A DNA stretch of 64,000 nt from Candidatus Wildermuthbacteria bacterium (GCA_016181405.1 JACOZJ010000003.1:106749-170748); one strand, 5' to 3'. Positions 1 to 8,713 are shown, numbered from the stretch's first letter. Notes: generated from the sequence alone by a model not told the origin. Translations and numbers: made by a program.

Positions 1-32
1 TTTTCCAAAACAAACGGAAACGGAGGTATGAA

Positions 33-1064
33 GTGAACAGAAAGACAGATCGAGACGCGTACCTTGCGTACGCAAGAACATTCACTGGGAAAGAAAGAGG
101 CTTAATCCGTGAGTTCCAAGAATGGCTACCGGATATGATCATTGACTGCCACGCACACTGCAATCTTGCAGAGCACATCCGCTCAATTGACGAACGTGCA
201 TACAATCATATGCTTTCGACCTTTCCGAGCTTCAGCTTGGAAGAATCAAAAGAGTGGCATGCGTTATTCCATCCTAGGAAGACGGTACGTTCGCTACGGT
301 TCCCGAGTGTCTTTCAGGGGATAGATCACAGAGCCGCTAATCTATATTTGACCGAACAAAGTGACACGCAAGACAGAATTGCCCTTTATGGGTTACCTGA
401 AGATCCAGATTACACAGTTGGAATGCTGGGACATCCACGCGTGTCGGCGCTCAAGATGTATTACTCGTATCTTGAGCCGCCGGCAACGAAAATCTATCAG
501 TACTTTCCGAAAGTGGTGTTGGAAGCAGCACAGGCGCGAGATGTGCCAGTCATCCTGCATCCGCCGCGGAAAATTACGGCATGTCTGGACCAAATCCTTC
601 AGTTGGTCAAGGACTTTCCGCGTCTGCGTGTATGTCTTGCTCATCTGAGCTTAACCAAGAGTGCTGTGTCGGGACTTGAGGAAGCATTCACGGCGATCGC
701 CCAGTATCCGCTTGTCAGTTTTGATACGGCACTTGTACCTTCGGCAGAAGTCGTGACTATGACTCTGCGGATCGTTGGACCGGACAGGATTATGTACGGT
801 TCTGACGAGCCCTTACACCTAATCAGGTCGGTGCCGTACACGCATCCTGAACGTGGCGAACGCTTGGCAACGGAGTACCCGTACCACTGGGTTGATGCTT
901 TCGAACACCAAGAATACAAGCACTTGGCAGTCGGCGTAACTCATGCCCACTGGCAGGCACTACGAGCCATCAAGGTAGCCGTCTCTGCACTTCCCGAAAG
1001 GGAACAAGAGGTAACAAAGCAGAAGCTCTTTCACGACAATGCAAAACAGTTCTATGGCTTCTGA
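33..1064 (+). CDS. amidohydrolase-family (TIM-barrel metal-dependent hydrolase) protein
   Basis: 343-aa ORF with a GTG start a few nt after an acGGAGGt SD. Has an N-terminal D-C-H-A-H-C His-x-His metal motif and a late YGSDEP motif, as in Amidohydro_2-type enzymes. Confidence 0.6.
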   Translation: MNRKTDRDAYLAYARTFTGKERGLIREFQEWLPDMIIDCHAHCNLAEHIRSIDERAYNHMLSTFPSFSLEESKEWHALFHPRKTVRSLRFPSVFQGIDHRAANLYLTEQSDTQDRIALYGLPEDPDYTVGMLGHPRVSALKMYYSYLEPPATKIYQYFPKVVLEAAQARDVPVILHPPRKITACLDQILQLVKDFPRLRVCLAHLSLTKSAVSGLEEAFTAIAQYPLVSFDTALVPSAEVVTMTLRIVGPDRIMYGSDEPLHLIRSVPYTHPERGERLATEYPYHWVDAFEHQEYKHLAVGVTHAHWQALRAIKVAVSALPEREQEVTKQKLFHDNAKQFYGF

Positions 1065-1086
1065 TAAGAAACTACGGGACAGAAAA

Positions 1087-1126
1087 ACAGACCCATCTGC
1101 GCAATGCAATTGGGTCTGTATCTTTT
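1087..1126. terminator. bidirectional rho-independent terminator between convergent genes
   Basis: ACAGACCCA (1087-1095) pairs with TGGGTCTGT (1111-1119) and is followed by ATCTTTT. An A-run on the upstream side serves the opposite strand. Confidence 0.6.
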
Positions 1127-1135
1127 AAGGTCGTT

Positions 1136-1585
1136 TCAGTTTCTGATTTTCTCTGCGAGTTTTACTAATTTTTTATCATCTGCGCGTTTGTAGTCATGAG
1201 AGGAAATATAGCCCTCATATTTTTCAAAGTATTTGTCCACATTTGACTTGAGCGGCTTCCATTCGGCCATTTTAGTGCCGTGCATCGGGAAAAGTTTTGC
1301 GTGAACATGATCAACACCAAAACCCTCAAACATCATACCAGTTCGTCCAACGTCCTCTAGTTTTGCGTCAAGAAGCTTTGCTGTTTGCTTAGCAGCGTTT
1401 ACTAATCCGACAAATATTTCTTCAGGCAAATCAAAAACATAGGAAGGATAATGTTCCTTTGTGATGACTACTGAGAAACCTTCGGTATTCGGGAAAATAG
1501 ATAGAAAGGCGAGATGCTTCTCATCTTCCCAAATTTTATGCGCAGAAGCTTCGCCCTTTGCAATTTTACAGAAAATACATTCCAT
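1136..1585 (-). CDS. HIT-family nucleotide hydrolase/transferase-like protein
   Basis: N-terminus MECIFCKIAKGE plus a DHVHAKLFP histidine-triad-like motif in which the third His is Lys. Start moved to the internal Met that gives the typical HIT N-terminus. Confidence 0.65.
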   Translation of the reverse strand: MECIFCKIAKGEASAHKIWEDEKHLAFLSIFPNTEGFSVVITKEHYPSYVFDLPEEIFVGLVNAAKQTAKLLDAKLEDVGRTGMMFEGFGVDHVHAKLFPMHGTKMAEWKPLKSNVDKYFEKYEGYISSHDYKRADDKKLVKLAEKIRN

Positions 1586-1705
1586 AAGAATAAGATTTAT
1601 TACACACTTGCATAATAACACATTGAGTCAGGGTCTTCAATAAGCCCAACCGTACATTTTGGCGCGCAAGCAAAAAGTAGAAATGGGAAGGTTGAACGCG
1701 GACTC

Positions 1706-1734
1706 TTGACAGTAATTACTAAAGAAGATACACT
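1706..1734 (+). promoter_or_regulatory. sigma70-like promoter for rplJ-rplL
   Basis: TTGACA (1706-1711), 17-nt spacer, TACACT (1729-1734). Confidence 0.5.
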
Positions 1735-1740
1735 TAAAAC

Positions 1741-1886
1741 ATTCCGCAGACCATGGGCCCTTCGATTCGCTTCGCTCACTCAGGGCAAGCAATGAACAAT
1801 AAGACCCATATAGGAATAGCATTTTGCGACATTTTGAAATGTCACGAATGCTGAATGTCTGCGGAAGCAGATGTTTTTTTATTCCA
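1741..1886 (+). promoter_or_regulatory. candidate rplJ (L10) leader with terminator/antiterminator alternatives
   Basis: TTCCGCAGAC (1742-1751) is perfectly complementary to GTCTGCGGAA (1857-1866). The same 3' segment forms a TCTGC-GGAA-GCAGA hairpin (1858-1871) followed by T7 (1874-1880), just before the rplJ ATG at 1887. Confidence 0.45.
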
Positions 1887-2405
1887 ATGAAAACTAAACA
1901 GCAAAAACAAGAAATACTGAATCAATTAACCGAGCATCTCGCTAAACAGCAAGCAATGATGTTTGTGAGCTACAAAGGCCTCAAGGTAGGGGATATGACA
2001 AACCTGCGAAACCAACTCAAGGAAGCAGGAGCCAAGCTTGTGGTATCTAAGAAAACACTGCTTTCCAAAGTATTGAGGGAAAAGAAAATTGACGAGAATT
2101 TGAAGGACATGAAAGGCCAGATTGGAGCAATCTTCGCGTTTGATGATCCTTTCGCCCCTATGAAAGTCGCTTATGCGTTCGGGAAAACCAATGAAAACTT
2201 GAAGATTTTGGGCGGTTATTTTGAAAATGAATTGCAAAACGCGGCCAACATTGTGGCTATAGCCAATCTGCCATCGCGCGAAGAACTTCTTTCACGACTG
2301 GTTGGCACGATGGCTTCCCCGATGTCCGGTTTCGTTTCAGTATTGCAAGGAAATATTAAAGGTCTGGTTATCGCATTAAACGCGATAGCGAACAAGCAAC
2401 AGTAA
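1887..2405 (+). CDS. rplJ: 50S ribosomal protein L10
   Basis: MKTKQQKQEILNQL...MMFVSYKGLKVGDMTNLRNQLKEAGAKLVVSKKTL is typical L10, and it lies directly upstream of L7/L12. Start trimmed from the track ORF beginning at 1824. Confidence 0.9.
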   Translation: MKTKQQKQEILNQLTEHLAKQQAMMFVSYKGLKVGDMTNLRNQLKEAGAKLVVSKKTLLSKVLREKKIDENLKDMKGQIGAIFAFDDPFAPMKVAYAFGKTNENLKILGGYFENELQNAANIVAIANLPSREELLSRLVGTMASPMSGFVSVLQGNIKGLVIALNAIANKQQ

Positions 2406-2419
2406 ACAGATAAAACAAT

Positions 2420-2842
2420 ATGGCTGACGAAAAAGAAACAAAAGAAGTTGAAGTACCCGCGAAGTTCAAATCTCTCGTAGAATCTATAGAGAAGCTTTCG
2501 GTGCTTGAGCTTTCCGAATTGGTGCACCTCTTGGAAGAAAAATTTGGCGTTTCTGCAGCTGCTCCTATAGCAGTAGCGGCAGCTCCCGCGGCAGGCAATG
2601 GTGCTCCAGCCGAGGAAGAAAAAACTTCGTTCAATGTCGTCCTTACCAAAGTAGGAGACAAAAAGATAGAAGTAATCAAGGTAGTACGCGACGCAACCGG
2701 AAAAGGGCTAAAGGAGGCGAAGGACCTCGTTGACGCCGCCGTTGCAGGCGCTCAGGTCGTAAAAGAAGGCGCGGGGAAAGACGAAGCAGCAGAACTCAAG
2801 AAAAAGCTTGAGGCAGCCGGCGCTACCGTAGAACTCAAATAG
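2420..2842 (+). CDS. rplL: 50S ribosomal protein L7/L12
   Basis: Ala/Pro hinge ([14 protein letters not shown]) and C-terminal domain [24 protein letters not shown]...[18 protein letters not shown]. Confidence 0.95.
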   Translation: MADEKETKEVEVPAKFKSLVESIEKLSVLELSELVHLLEEKFGVSAAAPIAVAAAPAAGNGAPAEEEKTSFNVVLTKVGDKKIEVIKVVRDATGKGLKEAKDLVDAAVAGAQVVKEGAGKDEAAELKKKLEAAGATVELK

Positions 2843-2878
2843 CGCTCGAGTATACGCCGCAAACGAAGCATTGAGAGT

Positions 2879-2962
2879 GAGCGAGCATCGTGGCTTTTTT
2901 GCAGACGCGAGGGTCCACTCCACAGGAGGGATAAAGCGCAAGAAAAAGCCACGATACGAGCG
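2879..2962. repeat. structured GC-rich intergenic repeat, copy 1
   Basis: About 84 nt, near-identical to 16086-16169. Outer stem ATCGTGGCTTTTT/AAAAAGCCACGAT encloses the GCG..CTCC-ACA-GGAG..CGC inner hairpin. It abuts the stop codon of the minus-strand gene at 2965. Confidence 0.8.
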
Positions 2963-2964
2963 TA

Positions 2965-4839
2965 TTAGTACGCCACGGAAGAAATTCGATAGAGTTTCGC
3001 GCCGTCAAACAAATATACTGTTTGGCCGTCTGGTGAAACTGTAAAATCGCGGGCGTTCGCAAATGCCGGGCTCATATATTGACGAAGCACTTGCCCCGAT
3101 TTACTCAAAATCACAACTCTTGATTCTGCCGGCTCCAGAAGATACAAATAGGGGAGCTGCGCAGTGGTCTTCAAGGAACGCACTGCTCGGAACGCGGGAA
3201 GAATATCAGAATTCAAACTTTCCTGATACGACCCCCTAAAATACCGCTGAATTTCGTTTTCCTCGGTAAGGATCCAAACATTTCCATCAATGCCCATTGC
3301 CTGGGCATTGATTGGTTTTTTGGGAGAAAGAGGATCAAGCCAGTGCTTAAGCGTTACTGATTCTCCTTGTGGAATGGGAGAGCGAAAAATGTCGCCGCTC
3401 CTTGCGTCAAAGAAATATAGATTCCCAGCATATTGTTCCATTCCTCCAAACTGTGCATCTGCAGGGAAAGCTACCTGCTGGCGATACAGAACGTTTGTTG
3501 CGGTATTCAGAGATACGATGGTATCAGGTTCTGCAAAGAACAAAAGTGAATTCCCAGAATTTATCCCCAATTTGATGTTCCTCCCTGCGTTCAACGTTTC
3601 AGAAGCGTTGACTTCCCCGTCAAACACAGTGATATTTGGCGAAGATGAGTTAAAAAAATAAAACTTACTGCCTAGCTGAATCATGTGTTGAGCCTCTCTG
3701 AGAGAAGGGGAATCAGGAAGGATTGCGGCAACCTCGGGTTGTTCAATGTCTACAATGTTATACCGAACGCGCATCTCCTCTGTAATTTGTTCTTGCTCCT
3801 CCGCTCGTTCAACCTGATTATCTCTTTCCGATTTGCCACCCAAAATCGCGAATCCCAAGAGCAAAACAAGCAGAAGAAGCGCGAGAAGTCCCATTCGTTT
3901 TCTTGCTTCCGAAACCATCAAAAAGGGAAGTTTCTTTCTTAGGAAAGAAGGGCTAGGCAGCATTAAAACTGGCTTGACTGTCGGCCCGCCTTGCTGCGCG
4001 ACAGGCCCGCCTTGCCGAGTCGAGGCAGGCCGCGGAAGTCGAAATAGGAGTGTTGGTATTTTCAGTTGGGGAAGCTTTGCCTGCCTCGCGGCAAGGCGGG
4101 CCTGCTGGCTCCACCGTACAAAAACAGGCTGACCTTCCTTCTTTTCCTCGTTTGCCGGCTCTAAAGCCTCCGCAAGCACAAAAAACAGAATGCCCATAAG
4201 TTGGGACATCTCTTTTTGTTTGGCTTTGAACATATTCCTGAACTGTTTTTCTTCATGGAGCTGCGCAACAGCTTGCAAAAAGTTTTCTTTTGAGAAAAAT
4301 TCGAATGCTTCTGGGGTAAGACCTATAATTCGGTCTCCAGGGATAATTCTGCCCGAACCCACATTCCCGAATATTTTTACGGAACCTTCATCGTTTTTTG
4401 CAGATTCAATGCTTTTTCCCGCGTCAACGAGAGAACCTGCACGCGACATCCACAATTTCATTCCGCCAACTTTAGTAAAATAAAGAGTATATCCTTGAGG
4501 AGTAGGAGCAAGCAAAAGCAACAAGAAATGGAGATTTCCAAGCCAATCCACATTTCCTCCCTTGGACTCCTCTGCCAAAAAGCTGTTTGCTTTCTTGAGC
4601 GCGCTTTTTAGACGTTGCGCAGCTGCTTGTGTCTGCTTCTCTAAATCATAGTATTCCTGTTCGATAATCCCCGCTAGGCGATCCAGAAAATTGGAGTTGG
4701 TCGGCAAAGCATTTGCCAGCTCACACACAATATACATGCTTCCTTGTGCCTCCGCTCCTTTCGCGGGCTCTTTTGAAAACACACGGAAAAATCGATCCTT
4801 CTTGGCCTTGGGGTTAAACTGAAACTCGAAAATTTTCAT
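2965..4839 (-). CDS. membrane protein with a PP2C/SpoIIE-like N-terminal domain and a beta-propeller-like C-terminal ectodomain (function unknown)
   Basis: Long ORF with an N-terminal soluble domain, a central TM segment (GLLALLLLVLLLGFAILG) and a repeat-rich C-terminal half. Start set at MKIFEFQF. The product name is tentative. Confidence 0.5.
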   Translation of the reverse strand: MKIFEFQFNPKAKKDRFFRVFSKEPAKGAEAQGSMYIVCELANALPTNSNFLDRLAGIIEQEYYDLEKQTQAAAQRLKSALKKANSFLAEESKGGNVDWLGNLHFLLLLLAPTPQGYTLYFTKVGGMKLWMSRAGSLVDAGKSIESAKNDEGSVKIFGNVGSGRIIPGDRIIGLTPEAFEFFSKENFLQAVAQLHEEKQFRNMFKAKQKEMSQLMGILFFVLAEALEPANEEKKEGQPVFVRWSQQARLAARQAKLPQLKIPTLLFRLPRPASTRQGGPVAQQGGPTVKPVLMLPSPSFLRKKLPFLMVSEARKRMGLLALLLLVLLLGFAILGGKSERDNQVERAEEQEQITEEMRVRYNIVDIEQPEVAAILPDSPSLREAQHMIQLGSKFYFFNSSSPNITVFDGEVNASETLNAGRNIKLGINSGNSLLFFAEPDTIVSLNTATNVLYRQQVAFPADAQFGGMEQYAGNLYFFDARSGDIFRSPIPQGESVTLKHWLDPLSPKKPINAQAMGIDGNVWILTEENEIQRYFRGSYQESLNSDILPAFRAVRSLKTTAQLPYLYLLEPAESRVVILSKSGQVLRQYMSPAFANARDFTVSPDGQTVYLFDGAKLYRISSVAY

Positions 4840-4900
4840 ACTGGTTTTTGCATTATAGCAAACTTGCGCTTTTTGCAAAAATTTTCTACGCTGGGAATAC

Positions 4901-4972
4901 GGGCTCGTAGCTCAGTGGCAGAGCGCTTGCATCACACGCAAGAAGTCGTTGGTTCAAATCCAATCGAGCCCA
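4901..4972 (+). tRNA. tRNA-Val (anticodon CAC)
   Basis: Cloverleaf read by eye: acceptor GGGCTCG/CGAGCCC, D arm GCTC-AGTGGCA-GAGC, anticodon stem CTTGC/GCAAG with loop ATCACAC, T arm GTTGG-TTCAAAT-CCAAT, discriminator A. No encoded CCA. Confidence 0.9.
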
Positions 4973-4974
4973 CT

Positions 4975-5781
4975 ATGAAATTCGTTCTTCTTTTTTTAGC
5001 TCTTCTAACAGTGATCGGGGTAGGAGTTTGGGTACTAACCGGGCAGCAAGAGTCTACGCCGGGAACCAATATCCAAACTGAAAGCAATGAAAATGAGAAA
5101 GATAAGGCGTTTCAGGTATCAGAACAACTGGCAAGAAGCGTTATCCATAACACTCTCGACGAAAGGTTTGACAAGCAGACCGCAACATATAACGTGGCGA
5201 ATCTCGACGGCCAGGATGGTCCGGAACTTATTATCGGCGCGGCTGGCAATAACATCGCGACCATTCTTATCACGAGTATTCTGGACTCTACGGGAACATC
5301 CGAACGCCTCGGAAACGTTGATTATCAAGAGGTTCTGCGGGGAGTGCCTGAAGTACGTGATCTTCAAGATATCACTGGCGACGGAAAAGACGAACTTTTT
5401 GTGTCTCTTGGATATGGTGGAGCTTCCAACGACGCCTATGGGTTCCTTCAGGCGGACATGCAGGGGAAAAAACTCGAATGGATTCAGCTTCGCGACCCAG
5501 ACAATCAAATACGTGACGCAATTTTTCTTATGGGCGGCACGGTTACCCACGCGGAAACCGTACAAATCATTGATGTGAATAGCGATGGCAAGAAAGAAAT
5601 CGTAGAGCTGTTCAGCCAAATATGGGAGTTCGAGAATGGGAAAGATACCGTTCCAAGCAAACAAGCAGGAGAAGTATGGTGTCTTGCGCGCGTCTATCAG
5701 TGGAATGGCTCCCTTTTTACGTTTAACCGCGCACTTTCTGAACAATTTTTGGAAAGCTTGGGCTCAAACTGTGCAATATGA
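4975..5781 (+). CDS. membrane-anchored FG-GAP/VCBS-like repeat protein
   Basis: N-terminal TM anchor MKFVLLFLALLTVIGVGVWVL. Repeated DGxDGxxELI-type motifs: DGQDGPELIIG, DITGDGKDELFVS, DVNSDGKKEIVEL. The track ORF extension (4864-4974) runs through the tRNA and is discarded. Confidence 0.6.
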   Translation: MKFVLLFLALLTVIGVGVWVLTGQQESTPGTNIQTESNENEKDKAFQVSEQLARSVIHNTLDERFDKQTATYNVANLDGQDGPELIIGAAGNNIATILITSILDSTGTSERLGNVDYQEVLRGVPEVRDLQDITGDGKDELFVSLGYGGASNDAYGFLQADMQGKKLEWIQLRDPDNQIRDAIFLMGGTVTHAETVQIIDVNSDGKKEIVELFSQIWEFENGKDTVPSKQAGEVWCLARVYQWNGSLFTFNRALSEQFLESLGSNCAI

Positions 5782-5793
5782 TATACTATTCCA

Positions 5794-6177
5794 ATGCAAT
5801 CAATTTTGCTGTTACGCTACGTAAAATGGCATTATCTCGATGCACCCAGAGATATCCTAAGGGGATGGGGAAACATTCTCTGGTTTAACTTCAACTATTT
5901 CTCCGTACCCCTCCTATTGCAAACATTTTTCTCGCCGTGGAGGAGAATCGCTTGGGACTACGGAAGAGGATTCGATATTGGAGTATATTTGTTTACTTTC
6001 TCTTCAAACCTTATCTCGCGAATCCTGGGGGCTATTGTACGAAGTTTTCTTATTGTAGCGGGCCTCGTCGTACAACTTGCACTTCTATTTCTCGGAAGTC
6101 TTTTATTTTTATTTTGGTTTGTATTGCCCGCAATTATTGCAGCAGCCTTTATATATGGCATCTTCCTTCTCTTTTAA
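5794..6177 (+). CDS. small polytopic membrane protein
   Basis: 127-aa hydrophobic ORF with 2-3 predicted TM segments, overlapping the next gene start by 23 nt. Confidence 0.45.
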   Translation: MQSILLLRYVKWHYLDAPRDILRGWGNILWFNFNYFSVPLLLQTFFSPWRRIAWDYGRGFDIGVYLFTFSSNLISRILGAIVRSFLIVAGLVVQLALLFLGSLLFLFWFVLPAIIAAAFIYGIFLLF

Positions 6178-8713
6178 CATTGCGAAATCATCGCTTGCTC
6201 CAGCGTTGTGGTTTGACAGCTATTTTCAAACTGCAGTTCTGCGTAAAATCCGCAGGGCGACTCAATGGGTATTCGCCCTTCTGCTTTTGCTTTTCCTTCT
6301 AACCTTTATTCCGAGTGAAGGCCTAGTCTCCCCGGGTACCAGTAGAGTTCTCCTTGGCTTCGTGCTTTTGAGTTTCGCGTATGGAGCTACGATATTTCTC
6401 CTCGAGCGATTTGGAGAGAGTTTGCAAAGACCGCGTTTGCGTTTTGGAGAAGAAAATCTTGCTAACCTTTTTTCATTCTCTGTGCTCCACGCCGCCCAAA
6501 ACGCAATGAAACGCGCAAAACAAAAACGCTTTTTCGGAGTAGATTCAAAGCTGTTGCTTTATTTTCTTCTAAGAGAAAACTCATCGCTGGAATTTGTGCT
6601 TTTCCGCATGCTGTTGGACCCAAACGAATTGAGGAGAGAAATTGAAAGAGAATTTGATTCACAGCCACGTCGCCTGCAAAAAACAAAAGAGGTTACATTC
6701 GCTCCTGACTTTATGGAAACCATACGCAAGGCAATTGATCGGGCGCAAATTCAGGGGCGGGAAAAGACTGAAGTTGAGGATGTACTTGCTGTCTTAGCGG
6801 AAACCGACGCCTTTTTCACGCGATATTTAATTGAGCGGGGATTTGTTCCGGAGCGCGACGTTCCCAATGTGGCTGAATGGCACTACCGAGAACGCGTCAA
6901 AAGCGAAGAGCAAAAAAAGTTCTGGCTCAAAAAAAATCTGCGGCGCTATGGCACGATCGGAAGGGACTGGGCCGCGGGTTACACAATTACGCTCGATCAA
7001 TTCGGATACGACCTTTCCCGAGAAGTAATGGCTGCACGCTTCCCTCGTGCAATCGGACACCAGCAGGAAAAAGAAATGATGGAACGCATTCTCTCACGTC
7101 AGGAAACGAATAATGTGCTGCTCTGCGGCAATCCGGGATCCGGACGAAAACGCTTGATTCAGGACTTGGCTTCTAAAAGCCAGCTGGGCGCGTGTCAAAA
7201 CCAGCTTCTCAACTACAAACGCTTTGTGGAACTTGATCTCGCGCATGTGATGTCTTCCATCCAATCGCTGGAAGAAGCAGAGGCGATCTTAAGCGAGATT
7301 TTCCGCGAAGTTCTTGCGGCCGGCAACATCATTTTAGTTATAGACGATCTACATAACTTTGTGGGGGAATTCACCGAACCTGCCGCGGGACGAGTAAATA
7401 TTGCGGGCGTGCTCTCCTCATATCTGCGAATCCCGGAGTTTCCGTTTATTGCTATAACCACATTTGCCGGACTCCATCGATATCTGGAGCAAAACCCTTC
7501 GCTGCTTTCTTTTTTTGAAAAGATAGAAGTAACAGAACTTTCCCAAGCAGAAACACTGGAGGTGCTGGAAGAAACCGTCCCTATCTTTGAAGCAACATAC
7601 AAGAAATTCATTTCCTACCCCGCATTGCAAGCAATCGTGGCGTACGCGGACAAATATATTCAGGCCCTGCCTTTTCCAAAAAAGGCATTGGACTTACTGG
7701 ACGACACCATGAGCTGGATTGCCCAAACCGCAGATAAAGTACTTATGCCAGATCACGTCGCTCGCGTGGTTACTGAACGCACACAGATTCCGGTAGGAGA
7801 CATTGAAACCACGGAACGAGAAACTCTACTGGACCTGGAAGTCCTTATCCATAAGCGAATCATCAACCAAGAAGAGGCAGTGCGCGAAGTTGCTTCTGCT
7901 CTGCGCCGCGCAAGGGCGCAGGTAGCAACGCGCCAAGGGCCCATGGGTAGTTTTCTATTTCTCGGCCCCACCGGAGTAGGAAAGACCGAAACCGCAAAGG
8001 CGTTGGCCGCTATTTACTTTGGATCTGAAGGCCGCATTATACGTTTGGATATGTCCGAATTCCAAAACGTAAAGGACATAGACCGACTATTGGGCACTCC
8101 AGTACAAGAAGGCCTACTTACCACTGCGGTCAGAGAAAATCCTTTTTCCCTCATTTTGCTAGACGAACTCGAAAAGGCTCATCCGAACATCCTTAACCTG
8201 TTCCTCCAGGTGTTGGACGAAGGGCATGTTACCGATGGTCTGGGCCGCAAAACCGACTTTCGCCACACCATTATTATTGCCACAAGCAACGCGGGGTATC
8301 TCCTTATCTTACAGGCGATAAAACAGCAAACTGATTTTGCTCAACTCAAAACACAAATGCTTGACTATCTTTTTCATGAAGGAATTTATCGACCCGAATT
8401 TATAAACCGATTTGACGGCGTCATCCTATTTACTCCTCTCACACCGGATCACCTCCTCCAAATCGCCGGGCTCATGCTGCAAAAGCTTCAGCGAAATATG
8501 AAAGAAAAGGGCATTGAACTGGAGGTTACAGAAGAGCTCAAAGCGAAAATCGCAGAGCTCGGTTATGATCCAACATTCGGCGCGCGCAATATGCGCCGTG
8601 TATTACAAGACAAAGTAGAAAACGCGCTTGCCATCGCACTCCTTTCCAATACAATAAGCAGAGGGGATCGTATCACCGTTGACTCGCAAACTTTTGCTGT
8701 GAGAAAAACATAA
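6155..8713 (+). CDS. ClpA/ClpB/ClpC-family AAA+ ATPase with an N-terminal membrane anchor
   Basis: The second AAA module is canonical (FLGPTGVGKTETAKALA; LLDELEKAHPNILNLFLQVLDEGHVTD; ATSNAG), and the C-terminal D2-small domain has TFGARNMRRVLQ. The first module is degenerate (GNPGSGRKRL; VIDDLHNF). Two TM segments lie near the N-terminus. Confidence 0.8.
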   Translation: MASSFSFNIAKSSLAPALWFDSYFQTAVLRKIRRATQWVFALLLLLFLLTFIPSEGLVSPGTSRVLLGFVLLSFAYGATIFLLERFGESLQRPRLRFGEENLANLFSFSVLHAAQNAMKRAKQKRFFGVDSKLLLYFLLRENSSLEFVLFRMLLDPNELRREIEREFDSQPRRLQKTKEVTFAPDFMETIRKAIDRAQIQGREKTEVEDVLAVLAETDAFFTRYLIERGFVPERDVPNVAEWHYRERVKSEEQKKFWLKKNLRRYGTIGRDWAAGYTITLDQFGYDLSREVMAARFPRAIGHQQEKEMMERILSRQETNNVLLCGNPGSGRKRLIQDLASKSQLGACQNQLLNYKRFVELDLAHVMSSIQSLEEAEAILSEIFREVLAAGNIILVIDDLHNFVGEFTEPAAGRVNIAGVLSSYLRIPEFPFIAITTFAGLHRYLEQNPSLLSFFEKIEVTELSQAETLEVLEETVPIFEATYKKFISYPALQAIVAYADKYIQALPFPKKALDLLDDTMSWIAQTADKVLMPDHVARVVTERTQIPVGDIETTERETLLDLEVLIHKRIINQEEAVREVASALRRARAQVATRQGPMGSFLFLGPTGVGKTETAKALAAIYFGSEGRIIRLDMSEFQNVKDIDRLLGTPVQEGLLTTAVRENPFSLILLDELEKAHPNILNLFLQVLDEGHVTDGLGRKTDFRHTIIIATSNAGYLLILQAIKQQTDFAQLKTQMLDYLFHEGIYRPEFINRFDGVILFTPLTPDHLLQIAGLMLQKLQRNMKEKGIELEVTEELKAKIAELGYDPTFGARNMRRVLQDKVENALAIALLSNTISRGDRITVDSQTFAVRKT

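Noticed and set aside
1622-2842. Absence of rplK-rplA upstream of rplJ-rplL as evidence for loss of L1/L11
   Set aside because: The genes may simply be elsewhere in the genome. This cannot be judged from one window.
2879-2962. Structured repeat considered as SRP RNA, 6S RNA or another single-copy housekeeping ncRNA
   Set aside because: It is present in at least two or three copies and lacks the SRP helix-8 GGAA/AGCA signature and RNase P or tmRNA motifs. It is better described as a repeat family.
4864-4974. N-terminal extensions of track ORFs running through tRNA genes (also 12859-12942 and 21667-21756)
   Set aside because: The extensions translate tRNA sequence. The downstream Met gives a sensible TM anchor or an SD-preceded start.
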